Of a stretch of DNA of 64,000 nt, positions 1 to 13,529 are shown piece after piece. Position numbers and translations under genes: made by a program. Numbering within the stretch: the first letter of the stretch is position 1; every line of letters starts with the position of its first letter. The stretch comes from Octopus vulgaris. Its lineage: Eukaryota. A model generated the notes under the pieces. That model had not been told where the DNA came from. It made no database searches and worked only from the letters and a program-made list of their open reading frames with translations. The DNA lies in assembly GCA_951406725.2 (NCBI GenBank), contig OX597819.1, forward strand, positions 88,660,001-88,724,000, read 5' to 3'.

Positions 1-559
1 AAAACATAAGTACCAGTTGAGCACTGGGGATTGAAATAATCGACTTACCCCTTTCCCAAATTTGCTGGCCTTGAGCCAAAATCTGAAACCAATATAATAT
101 ATCTGCTGATGCTTTGTTAGGTGCATGAGTTTGAGTACTTCTGGCTGATGAGACACATGTTGAAACACTGATATCCTAGACTATACTAGAATATATTTGC
201 CCAAGGTGCCGTTTTGTGGGGCTGAACCCCAAAACCTCACATTTGCAAAGCAAACAACCACACAACCAAAATATAAGGTTTCACATCACCTATACTCAGG
301 AGGTATAGCAAGATTCTAAAGTTAGGAGTGAGAACATAAAAATAAAGGTGCTTTGACACAGACCAAACAATATTTAATTCATATAAAAGGTGCCAATTTT
401 GAAAAATGTGTTCAAATGGAACAGTCACTTCCCTTGCTTCCCTATTAGCTATGCCACTACCTGTACTACCAATCGATCACATTTAATGAAATCATTACCA
501 TTAATCACAAGGGTTCTTTACAGTTCTATATTTATTTAAGAGACGAGGAATTATGAACA

Positions 560-717
560 TTATTTACATTTTTTTACATTTGACGGATATTTGTCCTCAT
601 CTTGTTTGTTGTTAACACAACATTTTGGCTGATATACCCTCCAGGCTTCATCAGGTGTCTTGGGGAAATCTGGAACCTGGGTTCTCATTCCTAAGGTATT
701 TTTCAATGTTGTTGTTA

Positions 718-763
<46 letters not shown>

Positions 764-1371
764 TATTATTATTCGGGTCACTACCTGAAATCAAACTCGA
801 GACAACAGGGTTGGAAGTTCATGTTGTTGTTATGCCTAGTGTGCCATATATTTGGGGGGTGGGGATGTTGTACTAATGAATGTCTAAAAAAAAAAAAAAG
901 TTTTTTTTTTTTTTTTTTTTTTTTTAAACCGAAAATTATGTTTGTTTTAAACCTTGAGATTACATAGAGAGTATTTTGCGTAGGATATGAGCAGTTCCCA
1001 TGAGCACAATCTTTTGAACTTCTGCCATTTTTGGGTTTCCTGGTATCTGAGTTAGGTAGCTATCAGCCCCTTTTGCTATCATTCCCAGGGCACCTATGAC
1101 AACAGGTATTGTTTTAGTCTTCAGCTTCCACATTTTGCTGATTTCTATTTCAAGATCTTTATATTTGCTTAGTTTTTGGTAGGTCTTGACAGATACGTTT
1201 ATATCGATTGGGACAGTCATATCAATGAGGAGGCATGTTCTTTGTTTGAAGTCTTTCAATATGATGTCTGGCCTATTTGCATCTATCTTCCTGTCAGTTT
1301 GAATGGTGAAGTTCCAGAGGAGTGAGATGTGGTCATTTTCAAGCACTGGGGGTGGTTTGTGTTCCCACCAG

Positions 1372-1429
<58 letters not shown>

Positions 1430-1715
1430 TATTATTATTCGGGTCACTACCTGAAATCAAACTCGGAATCTTGAGGTTAGTTAAGAGCATGGGTTACTAA
1501 CCCCAAGATTCTGAGTTTGATTCCAGGCAGTGACCTGAATAATAATAATAATAATAATGATGATGATGATAATTACATAGAAAAGTACCTTAGGAATGAA
1601 AACTTAGATTTGAAATTTCCCCAAGACACCTGATAAAGGCTGGAGGGTATATCAGCCAAAATGTTGTGTTAACACCAAACAAGATGAGAACAAATATCCG
1701 TCAAATGTAAATAAG
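560..1715. mobile_element. Foldback (probably Penelope-derived) element with inverted arms, interrupted by the Dong-like insertion
   Basis: 560-799 plus 1375-1480 is the reverse complement of 1495-1715; each arm has a decayed hammerhead (ACAC-CTGATGA-stem-(G)AAA(C)GTT-GTGT). Confidence 0.7.
800..1374 (-). mobile_element. 5'-truncated R4/Dong-like retrotransposon (restriction-like endonuclease domain plus 3' UTR) in a (TAA)n tract
   Basis: ORF 960-1374: LLWNFTIQTDRKIDANRPDII...LIDMTVP...KLSKYKDL...PVVIGALG, an RLE motif set; abuts (TAA)n. Confidence 0.8.
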
Positions 1716-1964
1716 GGTTCTTTAGTTTTGCCTGGGTTTCCAACCTGGAAATATATATATATTCCCTGAAGGCTTTTATTCAATTGAAATTATGTTGAAT
1801 GACAGGGAAGTGAAACAAAGTAAACTAGGATACCTTCAAGTCAGGTATTTCAATTAACAAAAAAACTTAATAAACATGGGAAATATTTACTCTAATTATT
1901 AACCATTTTTTTGTTATTTAAGCTAGTATGATATTGTCATAACTTTCTTTTCTTTTTCTTGCAG

Positions 1965-4919
1965 TAAAAAATGGTGCAAAAGTTGCCTTTTGTGACATCC
2001 TTGGTATGACTTAAAATTTTTCTTTCCAAAGCAGTTTTTCAACCAAATTTTTACAAGCCAATATTAATAGCTTTATAAAGGTGGCAATCTGGCAGAATTG
2101 TTAGCACACCAGGCAAAATGCTTAGTGGCATTTCACCTGTCTTTATATTCTGAATTCAAATGCAGCCTTGTGCCAAAATTGTTGGCCTTGTACCAAAATT
2201 TGAAATCCAAATTAAAAAAGGAATTACCCCACATTTTCTTGAATGTCTATAAATCTTATTTCCTCAAAAACGTACAATTCTTATTGGTGAGAATAAAATT
2301 ACTAAATTGGACAGAGAATTTCAAAGGATCACTTTGATACAAGAAGACTTTCAAAGGGTCACTTTGATTAAAATTACTAAACTGGATAGAAAATTTCAAA
2401 GGATCACTTTGACAGGAAGAATGTCTATCATGTCTACAGGAGATGTAGGTCCAATCCCATGGGTGGCCTTTGACTCTGTCTATCCAAAAGGGGTTTTCAA
2501 CATGCTGCTTTTAATAGTCTTATATGCACATCATGATCCAATTTCAAAAAATAATTCTTCTGCATCCTCTGGAATGTTCATAAATTTTTATGACTTCAAC
2601 AAAGTATAGTGTTAAGTTGCTTAATATATCTCCTGCATTACAACACTGTGATCAGGCAGAATCTTTAGGACATCAGGCAGCATTTCTTCTGTCTTTACCT
2701 TATATGTTCAAATTCCATGGATGTTGACTTTGTCCTTTAATCCTTTTGGGGCATTAAAATAAATACCAGCTGGGCACTGGAGTTGATGTAGCTGACCAGA
2801 CCCCACTTCCAAAATTTCAGGCCTTGTGCTGATAGCAGAAAGGAATGTATATGCCTGTTGTGTAAATTATCAACAAATATGAGAATATTTTTATAAACAA
2901 ACATTGAAGCAAAGGGTAAATTGGTATTTTTAGAAATAAAGAAAATTTTGAATGCAGGAGTCTAGCTGTGAAAACAGCTTTAGGAAATTGGTTAAAAATA
3001 CCCCTTCTGGAATGTTCTCACATTCCAACAGATATTTATTTAGCATTATAAAAGACAGTATCTGTTATCATGGATCATTCAGTTCAATGGTACAGAGGGC
3101 TCAAATGGAATTTATGCAGTACAGAATTCAATTGTCTGTGGTGGCTGCTGGCCGTTTTTACTCTTGTCTATAGGTGTATTCTTATCAGATTTTCTAAAGC
3201 TGTTTTCACAACTATTCTCCTGCATTTGAAATTTTCTTCATTTCTAAAAATATCAACAAATATATATATATATATACATATATACACAAACACATAATTA
3301 TACACATAGGTGTGTGTGAGTGTGTAAATGTTGTTGAAATTTTATCAATATATTATATTCTATTTTATATAGCTTCACAAACAAAATTCAACAAATGTGA
3401 TAGAATTTATTGAACAACTTTTTTAATTTGTTTTTCTTATATTTTTGTATACATTAATGATAAAGTTTTAAATAAAAATATACACAAATATATTTTGAGC
3501 TGATTTTTTTTTTTTTAACAAAAAAATTCTATTTCAGATGATGAAGCTAAGCCTACAGAAGAAAAAATGAACAAAATGGGACCTGGAGAAGCATATTATA
3601 TCAACTGTAATTTACGTGATGAAGCACAAATCAAAGTAAGGGAGTATAATGTTTTATATTTCATAAGGAGGATATCATCTCCTTACTTGTTTTTCTAAAA
3701 TGTACCATAAATGTTCAATAATATTGAGATCTGTGGTGGCCAGATAAGATGTTCAACTTCACTAGAATGTTCCTTGTGCCATTCAGTAACAACTTTAGCT
3801 GGGTGAATTGGTGCATTATCATCCTGAAAGACTTTGTTTCCTTCTGGAAACATTTCTGAAACTATAGGATGAATTTGATCAGGTAAAATGCTTAAATTGT
3901 CTTGACTATTAATTCTGTCATGAAGGGAAATCATTGGGCTGGCGATTTCCAAGATATAGCTCCCCAGATCATCACAGATCCTCATCCATGTTTAACAGTT
4001 GGAAGAAGGCAGTCTGCGTAAAATGCTTCTTTTGGCTGTCTCCACACGTATACTCAGCTGGTGGTTGGAAATAAGGTAAAGGATGACTTGTCCGAGAAAA
4101 TAACATTCTTCCATTGCTCTAGGGTCCAATTCTGTAGGTTTTTACTCCACTTTAAATGCTTTGCAATGCTTGTTTTTGAAAGTAGTGGTTTTCTGATTGG
4201 GTTCTCGAGGTGGTCATTGAGCTCTGCAGTAATTTTTGGAGCTGTATTTTTGCGATTCTTTCTAACAATTCGTGTAAGAGTCCAGTAGTCCCTATCTCAA
4301 AGTTTTGGTTTTCTTCCCGAGTTTTGTTTCGAGGAAGTTTTTCCCTCTTTCTCAAAGGCTGTCACTACTTTTGTGACAATACTTCTTGATACACCAAACA
4401 TTTCGGCTGTTTTCATTACGCTAGCACCTGCCATATGAGCATCAACAATTTAACCTCTTTGAAAGTCCAATTGATCTGTCATTTTAATGAATTTTAACTA
4501 CCTTTTTTTGATGATATCTGAAAAGAAACAGCAATTTTAGCAAAATATATTAAGCAATACTAATAATAAGTCAAAAAACATAATAAACAAGCTTTTGATG
4601 GTTTTATAGATATTTCAAAATTATGATGCTATGATGCTAGAGGTTTCCATTATTTTGTCCAGCCCGTGTCAGTAGACAGTGAACAGTATTATATAACCAT
4701 TACAGCCAATCTTACCAATCGGTTTCACACTAGGGGTTCTATGGAGTGTTAGGTAACGGCCCAATTATGTAACCCTGTGCTCATCAGAAGTAGCCAATTA
4801 ATCAGACTGTTACCTAACACTCTGTTGAACCCCTAATGCAAAACCAAATGGTAAGACCAGCCGTAATGGATATGTAATACTGTACACTTCAATTAATATA
4901 TACCTACCTATATAAACGT

Positions 4920-4969
<50 letters not shown>

Positions 4970-5007
4970 TGCATACATACATACATACATACATGTATAT
5001 ATATATA

Positions 5008-5067
<60 letters not shown>

Positions 5068-8000
5068 TACATGTATATATGTGTGTATTTATATATATCA
5101 CCATCATCATCTCATCAAACTTGCTGCTCAGGCAGTGTGTGTGTATATGTTTGCGTAGGTATTTGTATCATGGTTTAATAATATTCCTCATCTTTTCTCT
5201 TTTGCCAGAACATGATTGATAAGGTGGTTGAGAAGTATGGCACCATAGACTGTTTAATCAACAATGCTGGCTACCGTAAGTTAATATCACTCCTAGATAT
5301 TTAAAAAAAAAATTATTTATATAACAAACCAATGAGGGTGTCACTATGAGGCTGCATGACTTATTAGAAAGAGCAGACAATTTTTTATTGCATTTTCTTA
5401 CCACCAAAGTCATGACATCTTGACATTCTTTGTTGCCATGATAATAACATCTTGAAATATTTTTCACTGTAATATTAGTACAGTGAATGATTTTTAGCAA
5501 GTATTTTTTTTTTTTTTTCAGACCCAGGATATGCTGTCATTGATGATGTTACAGTTGAAAGCTTTAATAAACTTCTTCAAGTAAATTTAATTGCTGTATT
5601 CCTCACATGCAAGGTTAGTTTCCTCATTACCTCATTTATTCTTCTCTTATAAATCACTGTTATTGTTATCATCATTTCTTTCCATCATGTCTTAATTTTT
5701 CTATGTTATATACCTTCCACTATAAGCAAATAGCATTCCCTTTTTTTCTACAACTCTCATTGGAGATCCATCACACATGCCCATGCCAATACATTCATCA
5801 CTCTTTGTAGGGCCTCCTATGCTGGGCAGATCAAATGATAGAGGCCAGACTAATATGAACCACCTGCTCCCAGAGGTAAAAAAAGAGTTTGCATAAGGCA
5901 AACACCTCTACCAAGAAACAAGCAGAGTTACAGAAGCATCAATGACAATTCAAAGCCAAGAAAACCTAGGAAAGGAAAGAAATACATAAGACAGCCCAGA
6001 GTCAAGAGCAGGAAAAAGAAGTTGTCAATGTCCTAACCTTGATAGGGCGCAAAGGGCTTAATAAGAATATACCTGGCACCATCATGAAGTCTTGCATATT
6101 TTTGCTGGCAGAAAAAGAAATGCAAGAGAGTCAATGTAATGAAGATCCTCACAAAAATTTGCAAACTGTTATTTTGTAGAAGGAGCATGAGAAAGGACAA
6201 TACAGGAGTATAAACAAAGGAATATCGATATTCAGACTTCTGCTGGTTGCTAATGGTTGTAATGTGCAGATAGATTCAAAGAAAGTGCCCATATTTCCAA
6301 GTCATATTACAAAAATGCAGCAACCTACTGACTTCATGGTATGGTCTGAATTGACAAAAACAAAATACAAGCAAAACTAATTTTTCCTATGTAACTACAC
6401 TACACTTCATACAATAATCAACAGCATCAAACAATTCCTTTTTCACTCTTTGCCACTGTCTTTGGTGCTTGACATTTTTATAGAGAATCCATTTCTTGTT
6501 ACCAGTCACTATTCGGTCCAAAAATAGTTAATTCATGAGATATGACAGCAAAGAAGAGCACACATTCACTCTCTGCAGGTGATTAGACTCAGAAAGTTTG
6601 TGAGGAACCCATTGACCAAATTTGCTGACTTTTCTGATGACAGGCAGGTGTCTATGAATGTTTGAATGACCAAATCCAAGCTTGTCTGCTAGTTCCTCAA
6701 CAGTTACAATGAGATTTTGTTCCACTAAGGTTTGCAGGACATCCTCATCGAGCTCTACAGATCTTCCAGGTCGAGACTCATCTTCTAGGCTGTAGTTTCT
6801 GGCTCAGAATTTCTGAAACCCCCACTGACACTGGCTTATGCTTATTGTCTGATCCCTATATACCACATTAATATTCCTCACACTTTCCATTGCATTATTG
6901 CCTTTATTGAACTCATAAAGCAAAATATGCCGAATATGCTCCTTTGTCACTTCCATTATAGCCTTGTAAAAATAACGGTTATAATCGAACTGCACTCTTC
7001 GAAACTTGCACACACAAGTATGCACTTGCAGAAAATTATGCACATGCAGACAAGTATGCACTTGATGGGCTTTTTTCAGTTTCCATCTATCAAACCTATT
7101 CACAAGGCTTTGAGTCACCCAGAGCCCCAGGACTTTAGTAGAAGATGCCCAAAGTGCCACACAGTTAGACTGAACCTGGAACCCTGTGGTAGAGAAACAA
7201 ACTTCTTACCACACAGCCATACCTGTGCCTATATCAACTTTCAGACCTTATTAGGTTCTCATCACCTGACCAATCACTTGTTTATTCAAAATATCTTTAT
7301 TTTTCTTACAAAAGTCATTACAATTTTTTTTACATCTATATTATGAATATTTTCAGCTTTCAGCATTTTTAGCCCTATATAGATCCAATTTTTCATTAAA
7401 AAAACTTTTTTTTTTCCTAGTATGCCCTTCCCTACATACGCCTTGCCAAAGGTAACATCATTAATATTGCTAGTGTGACGACTTACCTTGGCCAGAAAGA
7501 CTCCATTCCTTATACAGCATCAAAAGTAAGTAGTGTCATATATTTTATTTTTTATTCTTCTTCAAAAATTGAATACAGATACAACACTGCCTTTCTGTAC
7601 ACAAATGGTCCAGAACCTCTAAAATAATCACATTATAACTCTACTTCTCACTCTCTTTGAAAGTTAACACATGCATTATATTCTGTCCATTTGCTACTGC
7701 TCTTGCTTGGATAAGTTACCGTATGAGTTATTGCTAAAGACCTATCAATCCAGGACATATATAGACAGCTGTTTAATGAACATTAAATGACATTTAATGA
7801 AAATATTTAAGTTTTTGCATTTGTAAATTGTTAGTTTGCTTATTTTTCTAACTAAATTTTGTAGTGGTAGCTTCAACTTGATGACTATAATGGATGATTA
7901 TGATATACCACAATTACCTTGTTTAATTAATTAAACTTCAGTATTAAAAAAAATATATAACATGTTTTTCAAGAGATTCAGGCATAAGTATTGATTTTCT

Positions 8001-10698
8001 AAAACCTTGAATTATAGTTTTTAAAATCCATTACTCATCTAGATATCCATTACAAGCCACAAATGCACTGCAACACAATGCTAAAACTTCAGTGGCACAT
8101 AAAAAGCACCATCCGAATGTGGCCGATGCCAGTGCCGCCTCGACTGGCTTCTGTGCCGGTGGCACGTAAAAAGCACCATCCGAACGTGGCCGATGCCAGC
8201 GTCGCCTTGACTGGCTTCCATGCCGGTCGCACGTTAAAAGCACCAACCGATCGTGACCGCTGCAAGACTCCCCTGGCACCTGTGCTGGTGGCACGTAAAA
8301 AGTACCCACTACACTCGCGGAGTGGTTGGCATTAGGAAGGGCATCCAGCTGTAGGAACACTGCCAGATCAGACTGGAGCCTGGTGCAGCCTCCTGGCTTC
8401 CCAGACCCCGGTCGAACTGTCCAACCCATGCTAGCACGGAATACGGACGTTAAACGATGATGATAGAAAAATATACAAACAGCACAAAATATATGGAAAA
8501 AAATATTTGGGGAAAACATTGAGAATATAAAAAACAGCACTGAAAACGTTGTGTGATATGTAAACCATTACCATTCTTTCACATATTAACCATTTATGTT
8601 TTGTTGGCAGGGTGCTGTTGCAAGTATGTCAAAGACGTTGGCTATCAGTGAAGCTAAACATGGTGTTCGAGTGAATACGTGAGTAAAATTCTTTCCAAAT
8701 GTGAAACCCATTACTGCAATTGTTGCTTTTTAGCTCTCTAAGCAAACTTTTTGAGAGGCAGCACACAAAATTTGGTTTCAATAAGGGCATAGAATTTCCA
8801 AATGGAGAGAGAATGGAAGACCCGGATGATGATGTGTACAAGTACCTTGGGATCCTGGAACTGGACAATATCTTGCTCAGAGAAATGAAAGACAAGGTCA
8901 TCACTGAATATTTGAAGTGCCTCAAACTTTTCTTGAAATCAAAACTCAACTCAAGGAACCTTGTGACTGCCGTCAACATATGAGCTATTGCTGTAGTCTA
9001 CTACAGTGCACCCATCTAGAAATGGACACAAGTTGAGATTAACTAACTTGATCACACTACTCGAAAGATAATGCCAATGCATGGTGCCCTCCACCCTAAG
9101 GCAATTGTACACAGGCTCTACATGAAGAGGGATAAAGGTGGATGTTATGATGATTAGCATATGGGAGTACATCAATAGTGAAAGAAAAAACATGGTAGAA
9201 TATTTGGTAAACAGCAAACAAGACCTGCTGCAGTATGCTGCTAATACTGAAGAATTTACCAAAAATGGACTTGAGAATGCTCGTGAATTCTGGTCATGAA
9301 CAGCCAATGAGAGAGAAGAAACCCTACTCCACATGGAATTACATGGTCAGTTCTACAGTGAAACTAATAAATTAAAAGACCAGGAAGTATCATGGAGGTA
9401 GCTTAACAAGGGTGACCTAAAAAAGAATACTGAAAGCCTAATCATTGCTGCCCAGGACCAGGCATTGAATACCAACTCAGTGAAAAATAATTTATACTAC
9501 ACGAGTGCAACGGACCTCTGCAGAATGTGGGGAAGAGGGTCAAAAGCGTGACTCACATTGTTAGTGCTTGTGAAAGTCATGTGCAGAAAGAATACAATCA
9601 CAAACATGACAAGGTAGCCCAGAACCTTCACTGGCTACTATGCCGGAAGTATGGGTACAAGGTAATAGGTGCTTCATACCAACATACACTGGAAAAGGTA
9701 ATGGACGAAAAAGAGAAGGCAAAAATCCTCTGGGACTTTGACTTCCAAACAGACAAGGTGTTAGAGCACCAAAGGCCAGATATAGTAGCCTTTAGGAGGG
9801 ACAAATAAGAGTGCCTAATAATTGACACGGCAGTGCCAGGAGACCAACATTTCATCATGAAAGAAAGAGAAAAGATCGATAAATATAGAGACCTGAGAAT
9901 TGAGATCACTAACATGTGGCAGCTACAAGAGTCAAACATGAAGGTTGTCTCTATTGTCATTGGAACATTAAGTTCAATACCACCCAAGCTGGAAAATACA
10001 TCTGGAAACTTTAGAGATACCTACAATCTAAATGTATTGCAAAAATCAGCATTACTTGGAATTGCATGCATACTGCATAAAGTACTGTCTGTCCGGGGTC
10101 CTTGTTGTGACTTGACAAACAGTACAAACCCCTGCTAGGCAAATCTTCAATCAACAACATCATGATATTGGATACTATGTGACGTCTTAAATAATAATAA
10201 TAATAATAATAATTGTACATATTTTGTCTTGGTATAAAAGATGAGCTACAGCAAATATTCTGCTCAATACATTTGCTTGTCAGTCGTTTGACCTTAACCA
10301 GTTGACCCATTGACCATGTCTCTTAGTGGCTGATGATATGTGCATCTATGATTACGAGCAGAAGCAGTGGGGAGCATCATAGCCATGTGTTGAGAGGAAT
10401 TCTTTGGGGTTTGAATAATTCACCTCTGGAAACATGGGTCTCTCATTCAACATCCTTAAACAACCCTTATTCAAAGACCTTTTGAGCAAGATAGGCTACT
10501 TGACCTGGAGAAAATTCGGAGCCCCACCTGCAAGTTCATGCACAATTTATCTTGATATGAAATCACCATGTTGTGCATATATGGTTGTGATGCATGTGCC
10601 TGGTGTACCCTTATCAAATGGGTATTCATGATGAGTATACTGGGCTTCATATACTTTATGCCAGTGTTACTTTGATGGCATGCACTTCTCTCTCACTC

Positions 10699-10760
<62 letters not shown>

Positions 10761-13364
10761 TGGACTTATTGTATACTATGCTCAGGTGTTCTACAACTCA
10801 TCATAAAATGGTAAAAGAGGTGACAAAAAGCAGCAGTAAATCAAGTAAAGAATGACTGCAATGAAAGCCAAAAGTGCATGCAAAGTACAGAGGATAAAAT
10901 AAAAAATACAGAAAATCAAGTCGTAAAAGAGTTCTGGGGTCAATTTGTTTGACTAAAACCCTTCAAGGCGGTTCCCTTGCACAGCCACACTGCAATGACA
11001 CCAAATAAGTAAAAAAATAAGATACATTTTCCTGAAATAATCAACCCTTCCATCTCTCTATCACAAAAATGACCAACCAATGGAAAGACCCATTTCTCCT
11101 ATAGAGGTACAAGTAGGTGCCCCGTGACAAGATATAGGATATTTCAGTGAAGTTAGAAGTGGGTTGAAGAGAACTATCTGTAACAAGTTTCTGCTCTTAC
11201 CTGTGAGAGTGTGAAACTGTTTCTTTCTTGCACATCTTGCTAAGATAATGCTGGTTGCTGTATAATAAAGGCAATAAGACAGCATTCTTGAAATGTTATG
11301 TTGAGACTTTCGTATTTGACTAAGATTTTTCTTTTACCTGAGGATGTAACTTAATTTCTGCATTATTTTAGGGATTTTTGTATTATTGTGGCTGTGTGGT
11401 AAGTAGCTTGCTTACCAACCACATGGTTTCGGGTTCAGTCCCACTGCGTGGCACCTTGGGCAAGTGTCTTCTGCTATAGCCTCGGGCCAACCAAAGCCTA
11501 TTGAGTGGATTTGGTTGACGGAAACTAAAAGAAGCCCGTCGTATATATGTATATATATGTGTGTGTGTTTGTGTGTCTGTGTTTGTCCCCCCAACATCGC
11601 TTGACAACCGATGTTGGTGTGTTTATGTCCCCATAACTTAGCAGTTTGGCAAAAGAGACCGATAGAATAAGTGGTAGGCTTACAAAGAATAAGTCCTAGG
11701 GGTCGATTTCCTCGACTAAAGGTGGTACTCCAGCATGGCTGCAGTCAAATGACTGAAACAAGTAAAAGAGTAAAAAGAGTATGTAAGTACATTATTTATT
11801 ATTAAATGTAATAAAATATATTATCTTTACATGCTTTAAGTTACAAAACAATTTGTATGATATTTGATATTTGTTATGATATTTGATACTTTAATTTTTT
11901 AATATTTTTTGTCATTTTAGAGTTTCTCCTGGAGCTATATGGACACCTTTGTGGGCAGAATTAAAGAGAAATGCAGAGAATCCAGAAAAATTTTACAATG
12001 AAGGTGTGTCTTACCAGGTGAGAAATATTTCACAAATATGCTTGGTTGTGAGGTTAAGAAGATAATCTCCTAACTGCATGAATGGGGGTTCGATCCTACT
12101 ATGTAGCACCTTCAGCAAGTGTTTTCATTTAAATCTCCAAACCAACCAAAGCCCTGTGAATGGATTTGGTAAGTAGAAACTGGAAGAAGCCCATGATGTG
12201 TGTATGTTTGTATTTCCTTGATACTGCATGATAGTTACAAATGATTCTTAATATCATACAAGCTATATTATGCATTTCCAATATTCTGTGAGAACACATC
12301 TGACCATGGGATGATATCACCTTGCTTGGAAACAGCTGAAGTTTAGTGACAGGAAGAGCACCCAGCTGTAGAAAACCTGATTAGATTGGTGCCATTAATG
12401 TTCTTCTTGAACTTTGTTGCAAGTCAACACCTGCAGAAAGGACATCAGCAAGGAGAAAGGTCCAGAGAGCTGATGCATGGGAAGGAAGAACTGCACGTAG
12501 TAGTTAATATAGAACCCAGATCAGGTGAGGTACAGGGCTATGCTGAGCTTTAGTGTCAGCTTTGGTGTGCTTTTTATACCTGGATTCACCTTCCCTAACA
12601 CCAACCTCATTGCAGGGTGCAAGACAGAAAAAGAACAGGGTAAAAGGAAAAAGCTCCTGCTGCTAAGTGGAGGAATTAGTCGAGAGGTGGATGGCTTTAT
12701 GCCAGGTGTTGGGTGGCTAAAACATGATAGAGGGACAGGTTATAGAGGAGACTTGGCTACCCAACATTATACAGGATTGAATAGAAGTAGTTCTTTTCTA
12801 CTCTAGGCACAAGGCCCAAAATTTTAGAGGAGGATTCCAGTCGATTAGATCGACCCCAGTACGCAACTGGTACTTAATTTATCGACCCAGTAAGGATGAA
12901 AGGCAAAGTCGACCTCGGCGGAATTTGAACTCAGAACGTAAAGCCAGATGAAATACTGCTAAGCATTTTGCCCAATGTGCTAACGTTTCTGCCAGCTCAC
13001 CACCTTCCTTTGGATTTGTTCCACAGAGAACATTTCCAATTACTTTTAGGTACCTTCTCATATTATTTAATCTTATATGTAAGCTATAATAGTTTTTGTT
13101 GTTTCATTTACTTAAAACAAATGCCAGTTGAAATATTTATTGTCTCAAAAATCATTCATACATTTAATTTAGAACAACTTCCATTAATCAAATGTTTCTC
13201 CTTTTTCTTTGAAGGTTATGGGCCGTATGGGAACACCTACAGATATTAGTACAGCATGTCTTTACCTAGCAGCTGATGGCACATATTGTACTGGTATGGA
13301 TATGAATGTTTCTGGAGGAGTAGATATTTCTGTTGGCAGCAAGAATGAAGTTGCTCTATCTTAA
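1965..13364 (+). CDS. HSD17B14: HSD17B14-like short-chain dehydrogenase/reductase, copy A (exons 2-9; exon 1 lies upstream of the window)
   Basis: Exons with canonical AG/GT and consistent phase: 1965-2003 ([13 protein letters not shown]), 3538-3635 ([10 protein letters not shown]...DEAQIK), 5209-5275 ([22 protein letters not shown]), 5522-5613 (HPGYAVIDD...[11 protein letters not shown]), 7421-7525 ([35 protein letters not shown]), 8611-8678 ([22 protein letters not shown]), 11921-12017 ([12 protein letters not shown]...SYQ), 13215-13364 (VMGRMG...EVALS*). NNAG, catalytic S and YxxxK are present; DCxxNNAGxHP, ALPY and SPGxIWTPLW are characteristic of HSD17B14 (recalled, not searched). Confidence 0.9.
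3690..4668 (-). mobile_element. Decayed Tc1-like DNA transposon
   Basis: Transposase remnants FQDDNAPIH and WPPQ..LNI; TIR-like end CACGGGCTGGACAAAATAATGGAAACC at 4668-4642. Confidence 0.75.
6440..7010 (-). mobile_element. Decayed mariner transposase 5' fragment
   Basis: [19 protein letters not shown] (HTH), TVEELA, WVPHKL and DRIVTG motifs across frameshifts. Confidence 0.78.
8085..8464 (+). mobile_element. RTE 3'-UTR fragment; related copies at 14755-14990, 19735-20180, 30300-30845 (+) and 47208-47982, 56185-56450 (-)
   Basis: About 65-bp repeats GTGCCGGTGGCACGTAAAAAGCACC, conserved GGTTGGCATTAGGAAGGGCATCCAGCTGTA and tail TAAACGATGATGAT, shared with the RTE at 33372-34560. Confidence 0.78.
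8740..10212 (+). mobile_element. Degenerate R4/Dong-like retrotransposon 3' part (RT end, CCHC, RLE) ending in (TAA)n
   Basis: [59 protein letters not shown]; several stops and frameshifts; lies in intron 7 of copy A. Confidence 0.82.
11388..11780 (+). mobile_element. tRNA-derived SINE (family 1)
   Basis: A/B-box-like head GTGGCTGTGTGGTAAG...GGTTCAGTCCC, internal (TA)(TG) tract, tail CAAATGACTGAAACAAGTAAAAGAG; many near-identical copies in the window. Confidence 0.85.
12790..13005 (-). mobile_element. Family-2 SINE (alternative tail); related copies near 1-95, 2080-2210, 2650-2845, 13925-14295, 46979-47185, 61840-62045
   Basis: Shared head GAGCTGGCAGAA..GTTAGCAC, GTTCAAATTCCGCC (B-box-like) and core GCCTTTCATCCTTTCGGGGTCGATAAATTAAGTACCAG. 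Confidence 0.75.
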
Positions 13365-13523
13365 GGTACTCAAAATAATGGAGAGAAAAAAAAGAAAAAA
13401 GAAAAAATATATTATGCTGTTGAATAATTGATATTTTCCAAATTTGGGATTTATATTTTTCAACAATAACATAAATACTTTTGTATGTGCATTTTTGAAA
13501 ATACATCATAGTATTTTAATGTC

Positions 13524-13529
13524 AATAAA
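13524..13529 (+). promoter_or_regulatory. Likely polyadenylation signal (AATAAA) of copy A
   Basis: AATAAA 160 nt after the stop; GTCAATAAA is conserved at the equivalent place in copy B (19290-19295, -) and copy C (about 56891). Confidence 0.6.

Noticed and set aside
140-180. CTGATGA-GACA/TGTT-GAAAC hammerhead-like motif
   Set aside because: Stems I and III do not pair convincingly; at best a decayed remnant.
11388-11460. tRNA-like A/B boxes at SINE heads
   Set aside because: No complete cloverleaf, and they continue into SINE bodies; not tRNA genes.
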